Of a stretch of DNA of 64,000 nucleotides, positions 11,648-23,689 are shown one piece after another. The translations under genes and the position numbers were made by a program. Numbering within the stretch: position 1 is the first letter of the stretch; every line of letters starts with the position of its first letter. This stretch comes from Lama guanicoe (taxonomy: Eukaryota), in NCBI GenBank assembly GCA_013239625.1, contig MU053588.1, forward strand, positions 3,376,799 to 3,440,798, given 5' to 3'. The notes beneath the pieces were generated by a model that saw only the letters and a program-made list of their open reading frames with translations, did not search any database and was not told the origin of the DNA.

Positions 11648-14600
11648 GGGCCCGCAATGCCTCCCCTCCTACTCCTCTGACCCCTGCCTCCGTCCCCCGC
11701 CTGGGAAGAGGGCGAGGAGACCAACAGTGGGGGCGCAGAGGGTCCTCGGAGCAGGAGTGACAAGGGAGGAAAGACCAAAAAAACAAACAAAACAACAACA
11801 AAACCAACCAACCAAAAAAAGAAAGAAAGAAAGGAAGCCAACCAACAGAAAAGAAAATCAAAAATAATCACAAAGAAACCAGCTGCCCCAAAGGAACCAG
11901 AGGTGAAAAACAAACATTAAAAAAAAAAACCAAAAACAAACAAAACATCCCTCACAAAACCAAACAAACCAAAAACCAGTCTCGAGCCAGACCTCGGTGT
12001 GCTCACCCTCACTGCTACGACACCAAATAAGAACCCCAGCCAGGGGCAGAGAAGCCTTGGCAGGGTGGACCTCATGGAGCCCCTGGCTGTGGGGCCAAGC
12101 CTCCCCTATTGGGGGCAGAGAAGGAAAAAGAGAATGTGCCAGCCTCCCAGCCCCAGCCCCCAGCCCTGGGCCAGCGAAGACAGGGCACAGCCTGGGGCCG
12201 ATGGGGTAGGCTCAGAACCACCCACCAAATATTCTTTTCCAGAAGGTGAAAGAGAAAGGGCCTGAACAACCTTACACCAAATATTCAGTAGCTTCATCCA
12301 AAGGATGTACAGAATTTTTAGCGTTTCGCTCAACAGAATGTGTCCCTATCATGTGTCCCCCCTCTCCCTGGCCCCCAGCTCTCCCTACCTGGGCAGGAGG
12401 CCTTGCTTTAACCTCCTCCTTCCCCCAGCCAGGGGAGAGTTCAGGGGAAGGCCTGGGATGACTTTTCACCCCTTGTACCTAACCCTTTTCCCTCTGGAGG
12501 GTGAGCTAGGCTGTTTTGCCAAGTTCTAGCTCCCACACGTCCCCCCTTAACCCTGTCACCCTCCTCTGCTCTGGAATCTACCCCCATCCCTAGCTCATGG
12601 GAAGGTGGAAATTTCAGGCAAGAGGGGATGAGGTGAGGGCATTCAAGTTGTCTTTTTTTCCCATCCTTGTCTGTCAGTTTCTTTGAAAAAAAAAATTCAT
12701 ATTCCAGTGCCTATCCGTGGGATCCTTCACGTTCTTTGACATTGACCAGAAACCAAAAAGAGAACTCACCTCGCTCTTCCCACCCTGTGCCCCTCCGATA
12801 CTGGCAGATGCCTCTTCCTCTCCCCTAACACACATGCACACACGCACGCACCCCAGTGGTGGGGTTCCTCGAGATGGCATCCCCATCAGGGTCTTTGTGG
12901 CGGGGACAGTGCCATGACCCGTGGTCCCCACCCGAGAGGGCGCTGTGGTGGCCACCACTCCCATAAGACCTCCCTTGAGTCTTGGCTGGACCCTGTGTTT
13001 GCCCAGCCCTGGACACATCTCGGCGGACAGAGGAGAGACGCTGCTGGGAGCCACGTTGCCCTCCTGCTGTTGTGGAGGCCAACAAAGTTTTGAACCAAAA
13101 ACAAAAACAAACCAAACAAACAATAAATTAAAACTAGAAAAAAAAAGAATTTATAGATATATATATATTTAAGGGAAAGAAGACGAGGACTCTTCAAAGA
13201 ATAAGAAGGAGCCGCGAGGTGGAGCCAAGCCCCTGCACCAGTGGTCCAGGCCCTTGGTCCCCAAGGCGGATGGAAGGACGGATGCTTCTTTCTCTTCACA
13301 AATACCTCATGGACGTCGTCTTCGGGAAAGCCGGAGGGGGGCGGCTGGGGCAGGGCCTGTCCCTCAGCCAGGGTGGATGGAAGCGGGTGGGCAGGGCTGA
13401 GAGAGGGTGTCAGGGACAGGGGTGAAGAGCCCCAAGCTCCCCACCCCCCCCAATCAACTGAAAAAGCTTTAAAAAAAAAACAGGAAAAAAGGAATAAGAA
13501 AGCAAAAAAGAATGGACGAAGGAAAACTAACAAACTTTTGGGTGGTTTGATTCCTCCTTTGAGTTCTTTTTCTGTTCTCTTCAGGCTGTCCTCTCTCCTG
13601 TCTCCTTTCTCTCTCCCCCTCTTCCTTTTCTCCTCTCTCACCTCTCTCCATCTCCTTCTTTCTGTGTCTCTCCTCAAACCAAAGTCTTGCTGTGAAGGAC
13701 GCGAGCCATTGAAATCAGAGTGGCCCCCGCCCCTCGCTGGGCAGGAGCAGAGGGAGGGGAGAGCCCTGGGAGATGGGCGGTGCTGCTGGACACTCCGAGG
13801 AGAGGAAGACGGAGCCTCGGACAGAAGCCACCCTGGGCCCCGAGGCCTCAGCGTTCTCTCTTTCTTTCTTGTCTCCCTTCTCCCACCCGGGAAATGAAAC
13901 TGTTGGGCTGGGCCACGGAGACAGCAGAGACTCGGCTGTTTCGGGGGTCTTGGGGTGCCTTGTCTGGGCAGCGGTGGAGTGGCTGCCCCTCCCACCCTGG
14001 CACTGATGGGGCCTGGCAAGCCATCGACCCATCCTCGCCAGAATGTAAGCATCTCCGCTGAACCGACTCCCTGCCCTTACCCTACCTCTGAGTTTGTCCA
14101 TTTTTATTTCCTGAAGAGAAGGGACTGGCAAGAGGGCCTAGGCCCCAGCCCAAGGGTGGAGAGGGGGCCAAGGGCTCCTGAACAGATAGGAAGGACATTT
14201 GAGCAGAGCCAAGTGAAAAGAATTACAACCAAAAACCCCTCCAAGAAGACAGGCAGCATGGAAGGCATGGTGGAGATGACTCAAACAAAAACTATGATTC
14301 TAGACCAAAAAAAGAAAAAGAAAAAAAAAAGAAAAAAAAAAGGAAAAAAAAGAAAAAAAAGGAAAGAAAATCCAGGACTCACCACCACCCACTTCATCCT
14401 GCTTCCTCCCCATCAAGTTCTGCCACCTGGGACCTCTCCCCCACCCCAGTGTACCAGGAGTGGGGCAGAGAGGAGAGGAGGAAGCAGGGGGCAGGGATGG
14501 GGCCAATGCCCTGACATTGGTGGAGGGACCCCCGTGCAGCCGGGGTGGTGGGGACCCTCCCCATCCAACCCCCATAACTAGGAAAAGAAAAACAAGAAAA

Positions 14601-16770
14601 AAGGAAAATTCCTGGGAGGGGGAAAATAACCAAATCCCAAGCTTTAACTACAGCTGTGAAACCAAATATTGGGAAGGGGGTGGGAGGGAGGGAGGGGCAA
14701 GTGTGCCCCAGGTCTCCCCCCTGGGCCCCCCTCCCCCGAGGACTCGAGATAAGGCACCAAATACCTCATAGAACTTTAATGTTAAAAAATGGAAACCAAA
14801 TATCGTTGGCTGGGGGCCAGCCAGGGCAAGGGGCTGGGTGGCTGGAGGGAGCCAGGGTTGGGAAGGTGATGGGGGAATTCATACCCCCCACCCCCCTCTG
14901 CCCCTTCCACTCCAGTCCCCCCGTCTTGACTCCGGGAAACAAAACTATCTCATCGTTTTTATTTTGTGGTCTGTACAGAGCCTGTGTCCGTGTGTCTGTG
15001 TGTGAGCGAGAGAGTTGGGAGGCTGGGGGACTTTATGTGGGGTTGGGGAGGGAGACCCCAGGCCAAGGCTCTGGGCTAGGTGAGATGTCTGAGGAGGGGG
15101 CCAGGGACCTGGGCTAGAGAGGATAATGAGTGGATTGGAGAAAGTGGAGCCTTCTGAATTTTTCTTCTCCCCAACCCTGACCTCCTATTTGAAGGAGAGA
15201 CAGAGACTGGGTCTACCTAATGGTGGGCCTTTTAATTGTGCCAAAAAAAAAAAAATGCCAGTAATGAAAACACCTCTCTCTGTTCTCTTCTGGGAGGTTG
15301 GAAGTAGGAGGGAGGGCTGGAGTGGGTAACTGAGGATGGGTGGAGAAGAGGAATCCAAGCCCCTGTATGAACTGGGGCTGAGATCAGGAGGAGGGAAGGG
15401 AAGGCTGAGTTTCCCACACATCTCCTCCCTGGGGAAGGCCAAGAGAGGGTCTCCAAGCCCTGTACCCTGGGAAGATGGGGTAAGGGACGAGGTCAAGGGA
15501 ACCTCTAGACCTGGCTAGATTTCCTCACCCACCCAAATCCCAGGGTGCCTCTGTCTCCCTTTAGCCCAGGGTAGGGGGAACTGAGTGAGAGAGAGAGTGA
15601 GACAGACTGAGCAAGACTGAGACACGCGGGCCCCCACTGGCCTCTGAGTGGGAAAGGCAAGTGCGAGAGATAAAGGCCTCCAAGAGAAAAAAGAAACAAA
15701 CCAAAGATTTAACCATTAAAAAAAAAAACCCACAGACAACTCCGCTACCTTTTTATATGTTGGAAAAAAAAAGTGAAAAAAATTAAAAAATAAAAATTAA
15801 AAAAAATACACAAAAACTCCAAGCCGCAGTTCCTTCATGCGGTTTGAACTTTGACCTCAGCAGTCTCCAAAGCAAGATGACGATGAGAAAGGAGAACAAA
15901 AAAAAAAGAAGAAAAAATAATGTATATTTTTAAGTATTTGTCCTTGAGATGTTAGCTCCTTGTTAAACAAACACAAAAAGGAGAGAAAAATCCAGAGAGA
16001 AGTGTTGCTGGGACGGAGACAACTATTTACTATGTCTGTGACCCCTCCCCTTCCTCTCCTCTTTCCTTTCCTCTATCCCTGCTGCCCCTTCCCCAGCCTG
16101 TCCCCCAAACCCAGGGGCTCAGTATTTATTTATTTATATAATTGCAGGGTGACTTGGGGCCTCTCTCAGCAACTTGTAGAGAGGGCCTTTGGATCATGGT
16201 AGGGTGGGGAAGGGGCAAGGAGTTTCTGGGGAAAAGCAGGGGACTGATCTTTGGTCAATTCCTCTCTGCTAGCTCCTTTCTGGCTTCTTATCCCACTGCT
16301 GCCACCATCACCTCCCAAATCCAAGGCTGCAGTAGGGCAAGGTAACCACCCCGCCTTGTAAAGATCTGACTGGTTTGGCCCGTTCTGGGGTGGGTGTCTC
16401 TCACCTACTCATTTGAATGACCAGGTTGGAATGGGGATGGAAGGTGGCAGCAAGTAGTGGGTGAGGGACCAAGAAGTGGCATCTGAAAATTTGAGTAGGC
16501 CCCAGGGGAGAACTGCCTCTCTTCCATTCTCACCAGATTAGCTCCCCTTTCAGTTCTGTCTGACCCCTGTGTTGGTAGCCCCTCCCTTCCCATCCTGTAC
16601 CCCCCTCCCTGTCTCTTCTCGTGGTAGCGGGTTAGCGTTTCAGTGTTCTTAACTCCAATCTGCTTGTTCATTGTACAATGTGCTTCTTTTAAGGCCCCAT
16701 TTTTGTAACTTGAGTGTGTCATTCATCTGAACAACATCAAAAAATAAAAAATTAAAAACTGTACAGAGAA
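11648..16770 (+). other. POU2F2: POU2F2 long 3'UTR
   Basis: No recognisable interspersed repeats; A-rich and G/C-rich blocks; ends at AATAAA 16743 and ATTAAA 16751, followed by a GT/T-rich downstream element. Confidence 0.7.
16743..16756 (+). terminator. POU2F2 distal polyadenylation signal (AATAAA plus ATTAAA)
   Basis: Upstream TGTA motifs (~16672, ~16704) and downstream tgttgcttgctctcccttggtctctt. Confidence 0.7.
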
Positions 16771-19700
16771 AAATGTTGCTTGCTCTCCCTTGGTCTCTTC
16801 TCTGTCTTGGGAAGGCTGGTGGGGAAATCAGGGTATTATGGGGTGGGTGAATATGTGCTGGGGAAGGGAGGGCTTTGCTTCTACTCAGTGAATGTTCAGA
16901 AGTAAAGCCTGAGCAATTTCCCCCAATTAGAAAAACAAGTCTCGGAACTTAGAATGAATTCGAATTCCTGAATTTATATCTAATTTCTGCCATTTTATAG
17001 ATATGCGACCTTCAATATGTGAGCTTCAGTGTTCTCACCTGTAACATGGGGACAATGCGGGCTTGTAAGAACTAAATGCACTTAGCACAAGATTGACTTC
17101 AATAAATGAGAACTATGAGAAAGGAAACCAGCAAAGTAGTTGCCAGCTTCCATCGGCAGAGGACTAACAAGACCCTTTAAAAACAGCTGACTTGGAAGTT
17201 GTCTGGTGCTAGGAGGTACACGCCTGCCTTCTTTTTCAGGACATTAACTCTCAATTCACTCAAATGTTTGTGCTTATCCTAAGTCATTTGGGAGGAACAA
17301 CTGTTTCACAGGCCAGGCCTTGGGCTGATTCCCCAAGATCTCACCCTTGAAAATCAAAAATGGTGTGAAGTACTGGGTTTTCTCACTGTTGTCAGGTCTG
17401 ATGCATGCCTGGCACACAGGTGCTGGGATTCTGCAAATTCAATAGTGAGGAACAGGGGGACAAGAGAAAGGAAAAGAGTAGGAGAGGGTTTGATCATTTA
17501 GAAAGAAACAGTATTGCACAGCACCATTTTGGCAAGGTAGAAAAAAGCACCTCTTAAGCCAAGTCAGCAGAGATGGAGGAGTAGAATGCTGGATGGAGGT
17601 TTAGAATAGTACCCCGAGGAAGGTCATCTGTTCCAGCCCCCTGCCTATGGGGTACAGTCAGAAGCATACAAACCCAAATCCTTGTCACCCAGGCCAGCCT
17701 GTGACAAGCACAGATGGCAACCCGAAAGCACTCTGGAGCTGAACTAGGTAGATTGCAGGCAGCCCCGTAAACGTGCCCAACTGCTCCACGTGCCCTCCTC
17801 TGCACAGTCACACTTGGGCTTCCTACTGTCAAGAACATATTGTCCCTAGAGGACAACTGTTGTCCCCTTCACAGTGCTGCTTAAGCAACTTCCATATCCA
17901 ACTAAAAACAAGCAACACAAGGTTCTTCTTGGGAGTCTACAAGTCACCTGCATCAGAATTGGTATTCAAAATGCAGGTTCCTAGGTCTCACCCAGACATG
18001 CCTGCTGGATCTAAATCTCTGGGTGAATTGCCTAATTGACATCAAGGTTCAAGAAACTTTGCCTGTCCAACTCGAACCCCAGCACCCAACAAGGGTTTGA
18101 TTAACGCCATCTTTCTTAGGACAGTGATTCCATTGAGGGCCATGGAAATTTCAGTGGGGTGACAGTGAACAGTGACTCTTGTTCATAAACATGTTTGCAC
18201 ACATAAACTTCTCTGGGAGTCTGGTCTTCATTCGAGGCTCTAAAAAGGGACCGCAACAGAAGAGGGGTGATCCCGCTATCAGGGCTGCTTCTCTGCTGAA
18301 AGCATCTTTATCTTGGGGTCAACCAGAACCCTCAGGGTTTTTTCCTCCATTCCTGTCCTCTGATTCAGCCTCATTTTTATCTGGTTTTGCCAAGATAAAT
18401 CCTCCAATTGTTCTAAGCATTTATCTGATATGATTTCCTGGATGGTACAGCTCTTCTTGAAAGGTGGCAGTTTGAGCATGCATCTTTACCTGTGAATTAA
18501 GGGGGTCTGGCATGCTGGGCTAAAGTGGCTGGAGTCCCTTCTGCAGGCTATGAGGTTACTGAAAGATGCTCAATACACTCTGGTCAAAAACAACTGCTTA
18601 ACAGATAACTGTTCATTAGAAGTTGTCAAGATATCAAATAGGTGAGTGGTTTATCTTTTTAAAAATGATGAAAATAAGCATAAGCCCCAGTGCCCACAGG
18701 GCTACGGGACTGCTGAAGGGAGCTGAGAGTAATGGAGACTGAGTGGGCAGCTCTCAGGCCTTCCTTTCCCCTGGTTTCAATACAGCTTCCCTTCACCTCT
18801 CATTTCCTAAGGTTCCAATAAGAATTTTAACAGACTGGAGTAATCTTGGGGATGGGGGTATTTTTCTTGGGGTGTAGCTCTTAGAGATAAGACTAGCAAA
18901 GTAATCAAGCATTTCCACCAGTCACACGCTCACCATATCCTTCTTCCACTGCCCTCCCCTAAGTGTGTACAGAAAAGTGTATAGGTGATTAAACCAAAGT
19001 AAAGTACACTTAAATTCAAGCTCTGCCCTATCTGGGTTGAATGACCTTGGGTAAGTCACCTCACTGCTTTTGAATTCAGCTTCCTTTTCTGCAAAATCTT
19101 CTCTTCACAGGATCAGCATGAAGATTTTTCCAAAAAATGTGGGAAAATACTTGAGACAAATTAGACATTCAAATTTCAGTCAGCCACCCCAACCACTAGC
19201 CTCTCCACAACAAACACCTGTTGGCTGAGCCAGAGTCCAACTCCAGGTGAGTGTCAGAGCACCCCCCTTGTGAAGCTTCCTACCCCCAAAAGCTGTTACT
19301 CAAAATCACTAACCTCACAGCTGGGTCTTGTCCCAGAAGCCACCTCCTCTACTGCCCTAGAAATCATGCCTTTCCCAGACCTGCATTTGCCCTCAGGGAC
19401 CCACAGTGAGAAAACCAGATGGACTTGGGGGAGACAGCTCACATCAGGCTAGAGAGCAGAGGGACAGGGTTGGTAAGAACCTGAAAATTTTCCTAAATAT
19501 TCCCGCCACCAGCAGAAATGGCTTCAGGCTTTTCTGTGGGGCTGTGGGGACCTCTAGTGGCAAGAGAACCATGCTGCCCCTATCACCAGAGTGAAGTCTG
19601 GCTCCCTGAGAGCCAGGCCCGTGGGCTCCAGATCCTCCTCTTCAATTCAGCCCATGTTTACTGAACTCCTACTACTTGCCAGGCCCTGCTCAAAACACTG

Positions 19701-19800
19701 GAATGCCGTCATGAAAAGTAAGACCCACGAGCCTGGGTCCCAAATTCCACCACCCAACACAGCCCAGACAGACAGAAGCATATAAATGTCCAACTCAGTC

Positions 19801-19806
19801 TTTATT
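19801..19806 (-). terminator. ZNF574 polyadenylation signal AATAAA
   Basis: tttatt on the + strand, ~240 nt past the ZNF574 stop codon. Confidence 0.75.
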
Positions 19807-20046
19807 GACTGTTTCATCTTGGGGCCACCAGTGTTAACAGGTGTGTGTGTGGGTGCTCCTTTATGCACATCAAGGACCCTAGAGTGCCCCCCTGAGAAGA
19901 GAGAATAAATCCAGTTACAGAACTTACATTGCAGTTGGGAGGGGTGGAAAAGGGGCACAGTATGTACAGAGACTTAAGGGGATGTTGGAGAAGGTTCTTC
20001 AGCAACAGGGCAGGGTGGTGCTGAAGGGAAATGAAATGAGGCAGGG

Positions 20047-22737
20047 TCAGCCACTGATCTGGACCCCCTCAGCCTCAGCCAGAGGGTAGATCTCAATGGC
20101 CTCCACCAGGGGCAGAGCCTCCACCGCAGTCTCCATCACAGCCAGGCTGACAGCAGCCTCAGCCTCTGCCAGCTGCTGCCGCACAGCCGCCTGATGCTGC
20201 TGCTGGTGGGTCTTGCGGTGCTTCCACAGGTTGGAGAAGGAGCGGTAGCTCTTGCCACAGTCGGGGCAGGAGTAGGGCCGTTCGCCAGTGTGAATGCGGC
20301 GATGCTCTGCCAGGCGCATGGAGATGGCAAAGGCCTTGCCACACACTTCACAGGCAAACGGCCGCTCACCTGTGTGCAGGCGCCGGTGGTCCTTCAGGTG
20401 GGTACTCTGACGGAAGGCCTTGCCACAGTCTGGACATGGGTATGGCCGCTCACCTGTGTGGATGCGCCGGTGTACCTGCAGCGACGTTTCTGTGCTGAAT
20501 AGCTTCTTGCACTCGCTGCACTCAAGGCCCCGGCGTCGGGCAGGGGCTGCAGGGGCCGCAGGGACCGCGCCGCCAAGGGTTGGTGGGGAGGCAACTGGTG
20601 TGCGAGCAGCCCGCGGGGCCCGAGGGGCTGGAGGCTCCTTAGCCAGGACCTCCCCGGGCCCAGCAGCTGCATGGGCTGCCTCGTGTGCCTGCAGCCGAGC
20701 AGCTGAGCCCACTTTCTTACCACAGGTGCCACACTCGAAGCGACGCGGGGCCTGGGCGGCAGCAGCTGCACAGCGGTGCTCTCGGAGCCGCAGCGAGGAA
20801 GGGAAGGCAGCACCACACGATGAGCAGCGGTGGGGCTGGCGCCCCGCATGGGCCACAAGCTGGTGCACCTCCAGCAGTCGGCGCAGCAAGAAGGAGCGGG
20901 GGCACTCGCGACACTTATAGGGGTACTCGCCTGTATGGTGGTAGCGGTGCATAAGCAGGCGGTAGGGGCGGTGAAAGCGCACTCCGCACTCCTGGCAGCG
21001 GTAGGGGAAGTGCTGGGCATGCACCAGGCGGTGCTGCCTCAGCGTGGAGCTTTGTGTGAAAGCTTTGCCACAGTCCCCACACCGGTAGGGCCGCTCCCCT
21101 GTGTGTGTGAGCCGGTGGCGGGCCAAGTTGGCAGGCGAGTTGAAGGGCTTGGAGCAGTCCGGACAGGGGAAGGGCCGTTCGCCTGTGTGTGTGCGCAGGT
21201 GGTTACGCACATGAGACTTCTTCTTGAACATCTTGCCACAAATGCCACACTTATGGCGCCGTTCCAGCCGGTGCACAAAACGCTGGTGCCGGGTCAGCTG
21301 CAATGCCTTGCCAAATTCACGGCTGCATAGGAGGCAGCGGTAGGTGCCTGGGGCAGCGGGCCCTGCTGAGCTCTCCTCAGCAGCAGGGGGCTCCGGGGGC
21401 TCTGGCTCTCCAGTCTCTGCTGGGGCTGGCTCAGGGATGCCAATGACAGGCTCCTCTGGTGGGACTGGTGTTGTGGGCAGAGGAACACCTCCAACGCCAT
21501 GGGTACGCCGGTGATAAAGGAACTTAGTGAGGTTGACAAAGGTCTTTCCACATGGACATGAATGAAGAGGATTTGGGGTGTGGGCTCGCCGGTGGGCCAG
21601 GAGGAGGGCCTCTGTGCCAAAGGCCAGGCCACAGTCCACGCACAGGAAATGAGATTCGCTGCTGTGGTCTCCAAGGTGCTGGTCCAGACTAGAAGGGCTG
21701 GGGAAGACACGACTGCACAGGGGGCACTTAAAGACACCCTCCCGATGACTCCGCAGGTGCTGCTGTAGCTGGTGAGGTGAGAGAAAAAGCTGGTCACAGG
21801 CTGAGCAAAAGAGCTCCTGGGTGGCTGCCCCAGCTGGCTCTCCACTGTTGTTCCTCCGTGCCTTGCGCCCCCGGCGATCGCGCCCAATGGCTTCACCATT
21901 GCGTAGCTCATAACTGTGGTCTGAGGACGGCAGGGGGTCAGGCTGAGACACAGGCACCTCCGCAGGTGATGGGGTCAGAGTCTCCTGCTGCAAGGCAGGC
22001 TCCTCAGACTCTGGGGCAGGAGCAGGGAAGTGGGTGGCCTGATGCTCCAGGAAGTCGGCTGGCAGCTGGAAGAGCTGGGAGCACTCAGAACACTTGTAGA
22101 GAAGCAGCTCCACCTCAGTAACCACCTCAGTAGTGGTGGCAGCTGCAGAGGGGACAGCTGCCCCTTCCCCACCCTCTTCTGCCTTGCGGTAGGAGTGCTC
22201 CACAGCCACACGGGCCTGGCCCACGGGGGACCCCAGTACAACTGGGGATCCCAGGACAACTGGAGCTGGAGGCTTGGTGGGAGTGGCCCGGAGGTGTGTC
22301 TGCCGGTGGTTCAGCCAGAGCTCCTGGCTGGCGAACAGAGCCTTGCAATCCACACACTCATAGTGGATGGTACTGGAGCTCAGGGGAGGCGCCTTGGTTG
22401 GTGGCTCAGTTGGCACTGCCTCCTGGGGTGCCATCATCTTCAGGTGCAATTCCTGGTGCTCCAGGAGCTGGCTAGGTGACATGAGCAGCTGCCCGCACTC
22501 CAGGCACTGGTACTGGCTCTCCTGCACTACGGTCTGATAGAGGCCTGTGCCAGAAGCTGCCTCTGTGGCCACAGTGACTCCAGGGTCAGCCACACCCACC
22601 AGCTCAAAGTGCTGCTGGGGCACATGGGAGTTCTGATGCATGAGCACCTCCTCCAGGGATCCATAGAGTTGGTTGCACTCAGAGCAGACATAGCGGTGCT
22701 CTATGTACAGGACCGTCTCCTCTGACTCTTCAGTCAT
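20047..22737 (-). CDS. ZNF574: Zinc finger protein 574, 896 aa, single coding exon, ~20 C2H2-type fingers
   Basis: ORF MTEESEETVLYIEHRYVCSEC...AEGVQISG; GCCACCGCCATG Kozak context; TGERP linkers; lies between POU2F2 and GRIK5 as in human 19q13.2. Splice acceptor (ctctcccag) 20 nt upstream, AG at 22758-22759. Confidence 0.96.
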   Translation of the reverse strand: MTEESEETVLYIEHRYVCSECNQLYGSLEEVLMHQNSHVPQQHFELVGVADPGVTVATEAASGTGLYQTVVQESQYQCLECGQLLMSPSQLLEHQELHLKMMAPQEAVPTEPPTKAPPLSSSTIHYECVDCKALFASQELWLNHRQTHLRATPTKPPAPVVLGSPVVLGSPVGQARVAVEHSYRKAEEGGEGAAVPSAAATTTEVVTEVELLLYKCSECSQLFQLPADFLEHQATHFPAPAPESEEPALQQETLTPSPAEVPVSQPDPLPSSDHSYELRNGEAIGRDRRGRKARRNNSGEPAGAATQELFCSACDQLFLSPHQLQQHLRSHREGVFKCPLCSRVFPSPSSLDQHLGDHSSESHFLCVDCGLAFGTEALLLAHRRAHTPNPLHSCPCGKTFVNLTKFLYHRRTHGVGGVPLPTTPVPPEEPVIGIPEPAPAETGEPEPPEPPAAEESSAGPAAPGTYRCLLCSREFGKALQLTRHQRFVHRLERRHKCGICGKMFKKKSHVRNHLRTHTGERPFPCPDCSKPFNSPANLARHRLTHTGERPYRCGDCGKAFTQSSTLRQHRLVHAQHFPYRCQECGVRFHRPYRLLMHRYHHTGEYPYKCRECPRSFLLRRLLEVHQLVAHAGRQPHRCSSCGAAFPSSLRLREHRCAAAAAQAPRRFECGTCGKKVGSAARLQAHEAAHAAAGPGEVLAKEPPAPRAPRAARTPVASPPTLGGAVPAAPAAPARRRGLECSECKKLFSTETSLQVHRRIHTGERPYPCPDCGKAFRQSTHLKDHRRLHTGERPFACEVCGKAFAISMRLAEHRRIHTGERPYSCPDCGKSYRSFSNLWKHRKTHQQQHQAAVRQQLAEAEAAVSLAVMETAVEALPLVEAIEIYPLAEAEGVQISG

Positions 22738-23689
22738 GGCGGTGGCAAGACCCTGGGCTGGGAGAGGTGGGGACAAATCACATCTAAGCCACTGCTTCCT
22801 CAGTCCTTCCCAGGGACAATTCTTTCCCTTCCTTTATCATCTCCTACCAAAACTTTAGATCAATTTCTCCCTCTAACTTGTTTCCATATTTTCCACTCCC
22901 ACCCCCCAACTAACAATCCTTTCTCTCCTGAACACACAAGGGCATGAAGCACAAAACTTTCCCAGCAGTCCCTTTCAAATGAATCTACCCAAGTCTCACC
23001 TCCAAAGCAATGTGTATTCAACTCCACCCATCAGATGCTTGTGAACTGTCCAACCCCTCATTCTCATGCCTCACAGCTGGGCCAAGGTCCCAACACATCA
23101 CACAGGAATCTGTGTCCTCTCCACTTAAGGCTTCCTTTCACTGACTCCTCTCCTCAGCTGTACACTACCCCATTCCCACCCACAGGAGCCCGGGGGAGTC
23201 CTCAAACAGCCCTTAACCACCCGCTTCTCCCAGCCTCCCTCCCCCAGGTTCTCTACCTCTTTTTACACCCAACCACTCAAATTGTCCCAATGCCCTGCCA
23301 CTTTCAGCACCCTCTCATGGTGCAACCCCCCTCCTTTACACACAGCCCCCGTCACCCACCAACTCTCCCTTTGGTGCCCAGGTTCCTTAAGTCAAAATAT
23401 CCATTCTCCCAACAAACTTTTCTCACACTGGCCTAACCCAAGTCCACATCCAGACCTTTTCAACCTTAACCACTTCCCTATGATTCTCAGACCCCTCTCT
23501 ACAAATCAAGGCCTCTCTCCTAAGCCCCTATGCAGAATACCCATTCCCATCTTCACAAAAGCCTAACCCTTTCTTCACACTCAGACCCTTCCTACCACCC
23601 TAACTCGCATCTCCAGGGCACCTAGGCACTCTTCACAATCACCTACCTCTTCTGTGCACTGAGACCTCATCTATGATTCTAATTCCCTC

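Noticed and set aside
12886..14052. 388-aa minus-strand ORF and neighbouring 200+ aa ORFs in the POU2F2 3'UTR
   Set aside because: Low-complexity translations of A-runs and CT tracts, with no recognisable domain.
22738..22776. 13-aa extension of ZNF574 in the ORF track (909 aa)
   Set aside because: It starts at a TTG in the intron's polypyrimidine tract; the real ATG at 22737 has a strong Kozak context.
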